From a virus: a stretch of 64,000 nucleotides of DNA. Shown in pieces: positions 1 through 7,313 of the stretch (position 1 is its first letter; each line of letters opens with the position of its first letter). The position numbers were made by a program, and so were the translations under genes. The DNA lies in the IMG/VR virus record IMGVR_UViG_3300025104_000001, positions 26,768-90,767 of that record; one strand, 5' to 3'. Below the pieces are notes generated by a model. The model was not told the DNA's origin. It made no database searches and saw only the letters and a program-made list of their open reading frames with translations.

Positions 1-714
1 AAAAGGAGAAGCATGAACAGGTTTTGTCTCCACTAGACGACGATAGATGTCTTGTGCTTTTTCAAGACTTTTGTCTAGCTTACGATACGAAACCTGAGCG
101 CAACACGATGAGGAGATAGCCAACGCTTCTTCTAGGCTATGATCTTGTGAATCAGTCCAATGACCTTGCATGTAATACGGGACATGCCAATCATTGTATC
201 CGAGTTCAAATGGGTCTGAATTAGCTACAGCTTCTAGCATGGCTTCTGCAAGAGCCTTGATTTCAGGTTGTGCGTCTTTGTGAGCACGGAGATAGAAGAA
301 GTTACCAATTTCGGTTGTCGTCATCACAACCTTGATGATTTGGAACGGTTCTAGGATACGATTGATGATTTGCTTATGTGCGCCTTCTTCATTCATTAAA
401 GCGGCAATTCTGCAGGCCTCACCCCTTGCTTCATCCCAAAGGGACTTTACTCGAGCAAGATTGGGTTCTTGAAGTTCCTCATTGGCTTGCATGCCTGGTT
501 GGTTCTTGCCCCAATGAACCGGCTTTGCTGGATTTGTTTGCACCAGCTCAATCATAGACTTGACGGGAATGGCTCGGCTTGATGCTGCGTTTCGTGAGAA
601 CATTCGGTGGGTAAGGAGCTCCGCGTGAATGAAACGGGGATACTCCAACTCAAAGGTTGTAAGCCGAACACCTGCGGGTGAAATTGAATCTGCGATGATG
701 TTTGCTTTAATCAT
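1..714 (-). CDS. thyX: FAD-dependent thymidylate synthase ThyX (3' end runs off window)
   Basis: Not in ORF track. Manual translation from ATG 714: MIKANIIADSISPAGVRLTTFELEYPRFIHAELLTHRMFSRNAASSRAIP...; ThyX-type THRxFSRNAASSR motif; frame open to base 1; AAGGAG RBS. Confidence 0.9.
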   Translation of the reverse strand, partial: MIKANIIADSISPAGVRLTTFELEYPRFIHAELLTHRMFSRNAASSRAIPVKSMIELVQTNPAKPVHWGKNQPGMQANEELQEPNLARVKSLWDEARGEACRIAALMNEEGAHKQIINRILEPFQIIKVVMTTTEIGNFFYLRAHKDAQPEIKALAEAMLEAVANSDPFELGYNDWHVPYYMQGHWTDSQDHSLEEALAISSSCCAQVSYRKLDKSLEKAQDIYRRLVETKPVHASPF

Positions 715-734
715 AAAACTCCTTGGTAACAAAA

Positions 735-882
735 TGAACTACCACGAAACTAAAGATTTCGTGGTTTCGGACTTCGTAGACTCTGTTTTACCAACAGACG
801 CCTCCATCCGTTTTTGTTTAGAGTCCGACTTGGTTCCCAAACCAGACTTAATATACGACTAAAGATCGTGTATTTTTCTCGC
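735..882 (-). mobile_element. Non-autonomous IS200/IS605-type remnant (two end hairpins flanking a tnpB 3'/omegaRNA-like segment)
   Basis: Related hairpins ACCACGAAAC-TAAAG-ATTTCGTGGT (741-765) and AATATACGAC-TAAAG-ATCGTGTATT (850-874). Minus strand ends ...GGTAGTTCA. Interior translates like a TnpB tail (SGLGTKSDSKQKRMEASVGKTESTKSETTKSLVSW*). Confidence 0.6.
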
Positions 883-949
883 TAACTCTTATTATAAAAG
901 GCTGTCAGACATCATATCAGACAACCTTCCTAAAATCAAGATTTTATTC

Positions 950-2389
950 TTATACCGTCAGCCCATCAATGTCATAACGAGGAGAGCTGATTGTCTTCAG
1001 CATCACGCTTTCTGGCGTGATTTCCTCTGCCTTAAGAACGCTTTGCATGATTGCAGGGCTGAACCCAGTAATCATAGTTGTTCCGTTCTCATCAGACTTA
1101 ACTTGGATGTTTTGACTACGAGCGTTCACGTTCCAGAAGATGATGTTAGGACGAACATAACCCGCCCTTTCAAACTTCTCATTGATAGCTTGGTAGTTTG
1201 TTACCATCTTCTTCCTACCAGAGCAATCTTCCGAACTCGTAGCGGCGTTGAATTCCATATCTGAGATGATGATGATGTACTCAGGCATGTCGCTTTGAGG
1301 TACATTGTTCTCTACAGCAGAGTTCAACAGCAAATCAAATGCTGCTTGAATATCAGTAGAACCTCCCCAAGGCAATTTACGAACATAATCCACTTTTTCC
1401 TTGATGGTCTTCTGATCGATGTTTGCCCACTTCGGAGCAGTCTCAAACGTCATCGCCAAGTTCTTGAAGTGACCTTCTTGACGTTCAGCCAAGTAGATAC
1501 CCAAGGAGATTGCAACGTCCATGCATGACACTTTACCAAAACCACCTGCAGGACAGTTCATAGAACCAGAAACGTCAATCATAGGAAGCATCTTGGATGC
1601 ACCATCCAGATAGTCTGGCAGTTCCTTCCATTGTGCGTCTGCAACTTCAGCATCGCCGAATTGTGCAGTTCGAATAACATCATAAGGGTACAACGCCGAG
1701 GCTTTGGCTTTCACCTTGCCGTTTGCAAGAGCTTCCTTGTATGCAGAGAACCTCTCTTTAGCGTTACGGGCAAAAGCGTTTGTATAGCGAGCCATTGCAA
1801 CAGAAGGCACTTGGGAGAAATTGATTTCATCCCATTGTTTAGCGCACATCTTAGTCTCAACAGTGTTGGAAGTTTCAACCAACAGCTTACGATATGCTTT
1901 AGGGCTCAACTTCATCAAACCACGGATGATGGCAGCTTCTTTACCTTTGCGAGGCAACCACTTTGCAATCAACCCTGCATTGACAGATTTGGTTTCCATA
2001 GCAACCTTAAGTTGTTCAGCCAAGTGGAAACGGATTTGGGTTGGGATTGCATCATGACACAACAGAGGAACCAAATCGTCAAAACGACCTAGCTCGGGGA
2101 TCTTACCGCTCAACATGATTGAAGCGACTGCGCGCTTATCGTTCTTAGCCAACCAATCCATGATTGTACGGAATACCAAACGTTCGCCTGGGCCGCCACG
2201 AGCGTCACGCGCCCATAGCAAGATACGTAGCGCAGTGACAGGGTCCTCGGCATATGCCAGAATGAACTTCTCTAGTGCGTCGTTAGGATTGTTTCGTGCA
2301 GAACCGATAACAGCGAACAAGTCAACGTTACGGTTTAGGGAAGTTGCCAGAGTCTTTGCTCCATTGGCAGTGAAAGCCACGTTTGACAT
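950..2389 (-). CDS. DUF2828-family protein: TROVE/Ro60-like helical domain plus C-terminal vWA domain
   Basis: WARDARGGPGER motif, AKWLPR, YRKLL, MIDAS motif DVSGS, WGGSTD, IISDMEF, IIFWNV. Confidence 0.8.
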   Translation of the reverse strand: MSNVAFTANGAKTLATSLNRNVDLFAVIGSARNNPNDALEKFILAYAEDPVTALRILLWARDARGGPGERLVFRTIMDWLAKNDKRAVASIMLSGKIPELGRFDDLVPLLCHDAIPTQIRFHLAEQLKVAMETKSVNAGLIAKWLPRKGKEAAIIRGLMKLSPKAYRKLLVETSNTVETKMCAKQWDEINFSQVPSVAMARYTNAFARNAKERFSAYKEALANGKVKAKASALYPYDVIRTAQFGDAEVADAQWKELPDYLDGASKMLPMIDVSGSMNCPAGGFGKVSCMDVAISLGIYLAERQEGHFKNLAMTFETAPKWANIDQKTIKEKVDYVRKLPWGGSTDIQAAFDLLLNSAVENNVPQSDMPEYIIIISDMEFNAATSSEDCSGRKKMVTNYQAINEKFERAGYVRPNIIFWNVNARSQNIQVKSDENGTTMITGFSPAIMQSVLKAEEITPESVMLKTISSPRYDIDGLTV

Positions 2390-2400
2390 AATAATCTCCG

Positions 2401-2444
2401 CAGGTTGTTTATGATTTCAAGAGATGAATTGCTGAAAGCAACCT
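2401..2444 (-). ncRNA. Putative small RNA, terminal-stem/CAGCA family, copy A
   Basis: AGGTTG-C-TTTCAGCAA...CAACCT-G: the two ends pair; motif shared with copies B and C. Confidence 0.5.
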
Positions 2445-2450
2445 TTTATA

Positions 2451-2570
2451 CAGGAACGCTGTGCACTAAGCACTCATGAGGGCTCACGCTCTAACCCAAA
2501 AGCATACAAAGGCATGCTAGATCTAAGTTTTAATATGTCGGGTTCTTGATCTGCTTGCTGAAACGTTCCT
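2451..2570 (-). ncRNA. Putative small RNA, terminal-stem/CAGCA family, copy B
   Basis: AGGAACG-TTTCAGCAA...CGTTCCT-G terminal stem with internal hairpins. Confidence 0.55.
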
Positions 2571-2574
2571 TATT

Positions 2575-2613
2575 GCGTGAAAAATACACGATCTTTAACC
2601 GGGTATTAGTTCA
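2575..2613 (+). repeat. Isolated copy of the IS200/IS605-like end hairpin
   Basis: GCGTGAAAAATACACGATCTTTA matches 860-882 (minus) at 22/23 nt; followed by ...TAGTTCA like the end at 735. Confidence 0.45.
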
Positions 2614-2620
2614 TTATATA

Positions 2621-2881
2621 TCAATCTTGTGCCTTATAAAAAGAATTTTTTTGTTGATTAACACCTGCTTCAAAAGCAGCTTCCAGCCACTTTACCATCA
2701 TTCTAGTGGCAGCTTGAAAGTCCTTTGCTCCGTCAAACATGTAGATCAGAATGTCATCATAGAAACGCTCTGACCTAAATCCGAATCCTTCAATTTCGTG
2801 AAACCACCTGAAGAAATCAGTCCCAGAGGCTTCGGTAATATTTTCCGAACAGGGTCGTTCCACGTCGAATGCGTTCTTCAT
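2621..2881 (-). CDS. Hypothetical protein (start uncertain)
   Basis: 3' part of track ORF 2621..3049; fills the gap in a minus-strand gene run. Confidence 0.4.
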   Translation of the reverse strand: MKNAFDVERPCSENITEASGTDFFRWFHEIEGFGFRSERFYDDILIYMFDGAKDFQAATRMMVKWLEAAFEAGVNQQKNSFYKAQD

Positions 2882-3506
2882 GCTTACGAATTCCTTCATA
2901 GTCGCACTTGTATGTATGGTTAGGGCCGCGTTCCATTTTGAACAGCTTGGGCTTGCCGTTCTCGTTCCATTCACAGGGCTCCCACTTAATGTCAAACTCA
3001 CCAGAGCGATAATGTTCTTCCCAGTCGTTGTCTGGGTGAAGTTGCTCAAACGCCCAAATCATTTCATCAAGAACCCAATCCCAGCGCTTATGGTGATTGG
3101 CGTCAATGTCATATTCATTCTCTTTGGCAGGCGCTGAAGTTGAACGGAGTTCTTCCGGAACATCCTCATCATCAACGTGAGGTGAACCATGTTTGGTAGC
3201 CTTCAGTTGTTTCAGCATAGGTAGAATGATGAGGGCTAGATTGGCATCCATATTCCATGTGTCATACTTGTCAATACGAACCTTGACCTTACGTTTTCTC
3301 TTGGAGTTAATCCACTGGCAGAGTTTCATAAGCCAAGAATCGTTTCCGTCCTTATCTTCTGCAAGCCAAGTGCCAAAATCATGCACCCAGTCTGGATGAC
3401 GCATGATTCCATATTCATCAGGAACCTTCTTAACCCAAAAGCAAAGCTTCTCAGCAATTTGATAAGGTCCAACCCAATTTACATAAGGGCCAATTTCTAC
3501 TTTCAT
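2817..3506 (-). CDS. Hypothetical phage protein
   Basis: 229-aa ORF, start overlaps upstream stop (ATGA). Confidence 0.75.
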   Translation of the reverse strand: MKVEIGPYVNWVGPYQIAEKLCFWVKKVPDEYGIMRHPDWVHDFGTWLAEDKDGNDSWLMKLCQWINSKRKRKVKVRIDKYDTWNMDANLALIILPMLKQLKATKHGSPHVDDEDVPEELRSTSAPAKENEYDIDANHHKRWDWVLDEMIWAFEQLHPDNDWEEHYRSGEFDIKWEPCEWNENGKPKLFKMERGPNHTYKCDYEGIRKHEERIRRGTTLFGKYYRSLWD

Positions 3507-3649
3507 TTTGATGCCACCATATAAAGTCCGATGTTAGCGAAAGCATAACCCGCATATGCGAGCAACATGCCGGTATTGCCTTTCATGCCTTGCTCTAGAG
3601 CAACGTAGGCATAAATGATGCCCGTTAGAATAATAAGCCATCCACTCAT
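3503..3649 (-). CDS. Small membrane protein (48 aa)
   Basis: Manual translation MSGWLIILTGIIYAYVALEQGMKGNTGMLLAYAGYAFANIGLYMVASK; ATGA overlaps at both ends. Confidence 0.7.
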   Translation of the reverse strand: MSGWLIILTGIIYAYVALEQGMKGNTGMLLAYAGYAFANIGLYMVASK

Positions 3650-3786
3650 CGCTGTTTCCTTTCACAATTGCATTCGCTACGACCTTGGTTGCAATCGCCA
3701 CTACAACCGTCAGTTTTTTCAGATATATGGTACATAGTGACAATAAACAAAACGAAACATATAACGCTAGCAACAATTTCAAACAT
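3646..3786 (-). CDS. Small membrane-anchored Cys-rich protein (46 aa)
   Basis: Manual translation MFEIVASVICFVLFIVTMYHISEKTDGCSGDCNQGRSECNCERKQR. Confidence 0.65.
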   Translation of the reverse strand: MFEIVASVICFVLFIVTMYHISEKTDGCSGDCNQGRSECNCERKQR

Positions 3787-3797
3787 GATATTCTTAC

Positions 3798-4013
3798 TTA
3801 GAATAGTGCCTTAGCGGCACCAAGCATATAAATCGCAAGCAAACCCGTATTGACAACAATCAAGGAATTTTCTTTGATCCTGACTGCAAAAATCAACCAC
3901 AGGACGCTACCCGCATTGAAAGCCCAAACATTCAAAGGATAGGTGTTCAAGGATGTCAAAAGAGCACCCGCAATCGTCAAGACTGTAGCGCTCCACTTCA
4001 AAAACGAATTCAA
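3798..4013 (-). CDS. Small membrane protein
   Basis: 71 aa, three hydrophobic segments. Confidence 0.6.
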   Translation of the reverse strand: MNSFLKWSATVLTIAGALLTSLNTYPLNVWAFNAGSVLWLIFAVRIKENSLIVVNTGLLAIYMLGAAKALF

Positions 4014-4210
4014 GTGATTTCCTTACAATCAGAAACTTTGAGAACACCTTCAGTCACAATGACTCCGCCTTCAAGTCGTTGATACAACTCGGCAGTCTCT
4101 TTGATGTAGAAATGCATGATCTTACCCTTTTCGGTAATCAGAGTGAAGGGCATAGGATCTTTCTGAACTTGTTCCATGAATAGATTTTCGTTGTTGTTCA
4201 TCGTCTTCAT
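4010..4210 (-). CDS. Hypothetical protein
   Basis: ATG 4210 just downstream of a CTAGAC-N17-TATAAT promoter. Confidence 0.6.
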   Translation of the reverse strand: MKTMNNNENLFMEQVQKDPMPFTLITEKGKIMHFYIKETAELYQRLEGGVIVTEGVLKVSDCKEIT

Positions 4211-4216
4211 GCCTCC

Positions 4217-4245
4217 ATTATAACATGGTTTCAGACGATGTCTAG
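4217..4245 (-). promoter_or_regulatory. Phage early-type promoter
   Basis: CTAGAC-N17-TATAAT-GGAGGCAT; recurrent motif in this window. Confidence 0.65.
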
Positions 4246-4251
4246 GACTTT

Positions 4252-4894
4252 TTATCCGAGAGCATTGCCATAGATGAGGTGAAGACCGCGGAGCACTTTG
4301 TCCAAGTTGTTCCAGCCTCGGAAAACCGACCACAACTCAATGTGGTCAACCGCTACGTGGGTGGCCCCACGATCGTAAATCAAAGACTCCGGGCTCCCAA
4401 CATCCGCTGGTAACTTCGTTCGTACCCAAGGGCCATAGTCATCTGAGCGACGCTTATACTGGGCAACGAGCCGCCCTTTTCGGGCGGCGTGAGCGGCATC
4501 TTGAATAGCCTGCAGCGCCGTATGGATTTCGGCGGGAGCAGGAGTGATGTGAGGCATGTCATATGATGTCCGGATGCGTTGCACGGTGTCAAAATTGGAC
4601 CAGCCAGACCTAGCCTGCCACCCCAAGTACATAATAGCACAGCGCTTCAATGTTTCGTTTTCGCGTGCAAGTGCATCCCGCTCTTCAAGCAGCTCGCGGA
4701 TCGTGTCGGGGTTGCAAGCGGCGATCAGATGGGCGTCTGCCTTAACGTCTTGGGCGGTTCGGCAATGGCGGACTTCGGCCAGAAACCCGTTCGCTCTTTA
4801 CAAACGTCCCGCTATTGGTAGGGCAAACCCGCCACGGGCCCGGCGTCGGCCCCTTCGCTAGTGCCTTGCGGATTTCCTCGTAACGGTCAGCCAT
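4252..4894 (-). pseudogene. Frameshifted Ead/Ea22-like gene
   Basis: MADRYEEIRKALAKGPTPGPW... changes frame near 4780 into ...ADAHLIAACNPDTIRELLEERDAL..., which continues as track ORF 4252..4650. Confidence 0.55.
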
Positions 4895-5126
4895 TGCGGT
4901 TCTCCTTGAACAGTACAGCTTTGGCCTCCTTCAGCACTTGCATCGGCGTCTCGGGGTCAAACCCCAGGCGGCGATACGTGTCCGCTGATGGAAACCACGA
5001 AACCATCGCAGCCAAGGCCTTTCGCAGCCGCTCATTCTCGGCTTCCAGCGCGTCACGCTCTGCCATCAGAATCTTGGCATCAACGTCCTTCATGCACATC
5101 TCGATAAAATCACCGGTGTTCATCAT
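4887..5126 (-). CDS. Hypothetical protein
   Basis: 79-aa ORF with AAAGGAA RBS and upstream promoter. Confidence 0.6.
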   Translation of the reverse strand: MMNTGDFIEMCMKDVDAKILMAERDALEAENERLRKALAAMVSWFPSADTYRRLGFDPETPMQVLKEAKAVLFKENRNG

Positions 5127-5153
5127 GTTTCCTTTCGTTTACCGTATGACTAC

Positions 5154-5182
5154 ATTGTACAGCAAACAAAAGGGCCGTCTAG
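5154..5182 (-). promoter_or_regulatory. Phage early-type promoter
   Basis: CTAGAC-N17-TACAAT-GTAGTCAT. Confidence 0.55.
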
Positions 5183-5200
5183 CCTCTTTGTCAAAAAATT

Positions 5201-5674
5201 TCACGACCATTGAACCCCGCCGCTAACGACAAAGTTCTCAACTTTCAGCTTCACAAAGGTCATACCCTCGTCATCATGAGCCTGACGCTCGATCTCGGCG
5301 TTCACTTCAGCTTCGGTTTCATATACCTCGGGAAAAATATCTAGTCTGATGTAGCCATCTTGGATAAATCCAATCACCCAACCCTTCTTTTGCCCTCGTG
5401 CTTGAGCCTTAGCAGTCTCAATAAGCTTAGAAGCTTCGATTGCTTTTTTTGCCAAATCTTCATGCTTCACATAATCAGACTTGACCCAATTGGTTTTATA
5501 CTCACGCTTGAGTTGCAGGTTGTAACGGCGAGTACCATTCCGAACGCTACCAGACAGGATAGCGAAGGAACCGTCCTTCTTATTGCTCAGCAGTTGACTT
5601 GTTTCAGTGTTGAAAAAGTAACCATCAGAGATTTGACGGAAACCTTCCAAAGAGTTAACAGGGATAAGAGCCAT
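5201..5674 (-). CDS. Hypothetical protein
   Basis: 157-aa ORF with AAGGA RBS; CTAGAC-N18-TAAAAT upstream. Confidence 0.7.
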   Translation of the reverse strand: MALIPVNSLEGFRQISDGYFFNTETSQLLSNKKDGSFAILSGSVRNGTRRYNLQLKREYKTNWVKSDYVKHEDLAKKAIEASKLIETAKAQARGQKKGWVIGFIQDGYIRLDIFPEVYETEAEVNAEIERQAHDDEGMTFVKLKVENFVVSGGVQWS

Positions 5675-5767
5675 TTCACATTCCTTTCAGAGTTCAGAGC
5701 AATAACAACCAACGAAAATTTATTTTATAGGAAGGTCCTTGGGAAGTCTAGAGGTTGTTGCTGGTTT

Positions 5768-5827
5768 CTTGTATAACTTGTATAACTTGAATAACTTGAA
5801 TAACTTGTATAACTTGAATAACTTGTA
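5768..5827. repeat. 9-bp tandem repeat CTTG(T/A)ATAA, about 6.7 copies
   Basis: Read directly. Confidence 0.9.
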
Positions 5828-5970
5828 CTATTCACACATTGATTACTAGTTCTTTTTCAAGTTTCATCTCATGGGGAAAACTGCTCCAAGTGCAGGAGCA
5901 CTATATAATTTAACATTCACCGATTTACCGTACTCTACCCAATCCACTGATAGATGGGTAATTCCTTCTT

Positions 5971-6329
5971 TTACCATGTTGAACCTAAAGTATAACCTTT
6001 ATATTTTATCCACCTAGATGGGGTAACCCCATCTAGTCCTCGTTCTTTTGCTAATTTACTCTGTCGTATTTTAAATTCTTCTGTGTAGGGATGCCCTTTT
6101 ATTGATTTACCCTTATTTGGGTTAATTGGAATATCAATACCTAATTCTCTTGCTTTAATGTATTGATTACTTTTTTAGCACCGGGTGGGTGCTTGTTTAC
6201 ACTGTTATGGAAAGATTCCTTTTCAAAATTTGAAATTCTTCTATTCGGATTTTGTTTACAATATCTCTCATGATTTATTTTTGAATTATTATTCTTACAT
6301 TCTTTGTTGCAAAAATTACATATTAGCAT
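5971..6329 (-). pseudogene. Decayed free-standing homing endonuclease
   Basis: MLICNFCNKECK...HERYC Zn-finger; frameshift in A-run 6171-6176 to SNQYIKARELG...KGHPYTEEFKIRQSKLAKERG (NUMOD-like)...YKGYTLGSTW*, stopping where a nuclease domain would begin. Confidence 0.55.
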
Positions 6330-6354
6330 TTTATTATTCTTATAATTACATTTT

Positions 6355-6436
6355 GTAAATTCGTTGCCGTAGACCACTTGGCTAATCCAGCACAATATGC
6401 CATAGGCGGCTGCTCTACCAACTGAGTTAAAAGAAT
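6355..6436 (-). pseudogene. Two truncated tRNA 5' halves
   Basis: TAACTCAGTTGGTAGAGCAGCCGCCT and GCTGGATTAGCCAAGTGGTCTACGGCAACGAATTT: D-arms present, no T-arm or CCA. Confidence 0.5.
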
Positions 6437-6442
6437 GAATTT

Positions 6443-6517
6443 TGGTGGAGCTGCGGGGAATCGAACCCCGAACTGCGCCTTGCAAGGGCGCTGTGTTCCC
6501 AATTATACCACAACCCC
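6443..6517 (-). tRNA. tRNA-Ala(TGC)
   Basis: Cloverleaf; GCGCC-CT-TGC-AA-GGCGC; GGTTCGATTCC; CCA. Confidence 0.9.
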
Positions 6518-6553
6518 AAAAATCTACATTGTTTTGTATATATTCAAAACGTT

Positions 6554-6629
6554 TGGGATGACCCACGGGATTTGAACCCATACTGCCAAGGTCACAACAT
6601 AGAGTTCTAATCATTACACTAAAGTCACC
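6554..6629 (-). tRNA. tRNA-His(GTG), degenerate
   Basis: G-1, C73, CCA and T-arm present; anticodon stem CTATG/CTTGG and D-stem mismatched. Confidence 0.65.
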
Positions 6630-6640
6630 ACTAAGCGTTT

Positions 6641-6717
6641 TGGAACGGTTAGTCAGATTCGAACTGACACTTCGGATTTGGAAGACCCGCGTGCTAGCCG
6701 TTAAACACTATAACCGC
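6641..6717 (-). tRNA. tRNA-Gly(TCC)
   Basis: CGGGT-CT-TCC-AA-ATCCG; U73; CCA. Confidence 0.9.
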
Positions 6718-6728
6718 ATTGAATATAA

Positions 6729-6811
6729 CAGGATGGCTCCTACTTTTTGATTAAAGAGAGAAATCGAAACTCTCAACCAGTATATCTTAAAATAACTGCT
6801 GTAACCATCCT
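6729..6811 (-). ncRNA. Putative small RNA, terminal-stem/CAGCA family, copy C (inside tRNA cluster)
   Basis: AGGATGG-TTACAGCAG...CCATCCT-G; internal GAGAG-TTTCGATTT-CTCTC T-arm-like hairpin. Confidence 0.6.
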
Positions 6812-6821
6812 TAAATTTTTG

Positions 6822-6892
6822 TCTCCGAAGAAGGAATCGAACCTTCGCCTCATGGCCCCAAACCACGCACGCTACCATTACACCACTCGGAG
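6822..6892 (-). tRNA. tRNA-Pro(TGG)
   Basis: CGTGG-TT-TGG-GG-CCATG; T-loop TTCGATT; CCA not encoded. Confidence 0.85.
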
Positions 6893-6983
6893 TGATTTCC
6901 ATTTTTCTACGGTGACCGCTACCAACTCGCTACTGAGTTGTATCACAGTTAGTTGGATCACTGCATATGATACTTTTAATCAG

Positions 6984-7076
6984 TGGTGCGGTAGGTTGGA
7001 TTCGAACCAACAGTGTTTACCACGAGGGACCGGATTTACAGTCCGGGGATGCACACGCCATAGCATCAACTACCGC
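6984..7076 (-). tRNA. tRNA-Tyr(GTA)
   Basis: CCGGA-CT-GTA-AA-TCCGG; long variable arm; CCA. Confidence 0.88.
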
Positions 7077-7150
7077 ATCTTTGTCGTCACCATTTCAAAA
7101 CACAATATCGGTCCGGGATTCTAACCCATTTCTAATTTTGTGTTTTGAAA

Positions 7151-7235
7151 TGGTGCCCCTAGCAGGGTTCGAACCTGCACTCCTTTCGGAAGCGGATTTT
7201 GAGTCCGCCGAGTCTACCAGTTCCTCCATAGGGGC
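7151..7235 (-). tRNA. tRNA-Leu(CAA)
   Basis: GCGGA-CT-CAA-AA-TCCGC; long variable arm; CCA. Confidence 0.9.
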
Positions 7236-7313
7236 AACAAAACAACCTCTAGACTTTTAAAGAACGTTTCGTCTCGGACGTTTGTTAACGTCCTCAACAT
7301 GTATCCCATTATA

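Noticed and set aside
629-862. Track ORF 629..862 (+)
   Set aside because: Antisense to the thyX start and spans the hairpin element; no RBS or recognisable motif
3534-3782. Track ORF 3534..3782 (-)
   Set aside because: Better explained by two coupled micro-ORFs in other frames
5768-5827. CRISPR array
   Set aside because: 9-bp head-to-tail units with no spacers; no cas operon, and the Cas4-like exonuclease is a normal T4-like gene
5850-6392. Group I intron in a tRNA anticodon loop
   Set aside because: No 3' tRNA half or intron core elements could be found downstream
6141-7260. ORFs across the tRNA cluster
   Set aside because: They read through tRNA genes; only the part from ATG 6329 looks protein-like
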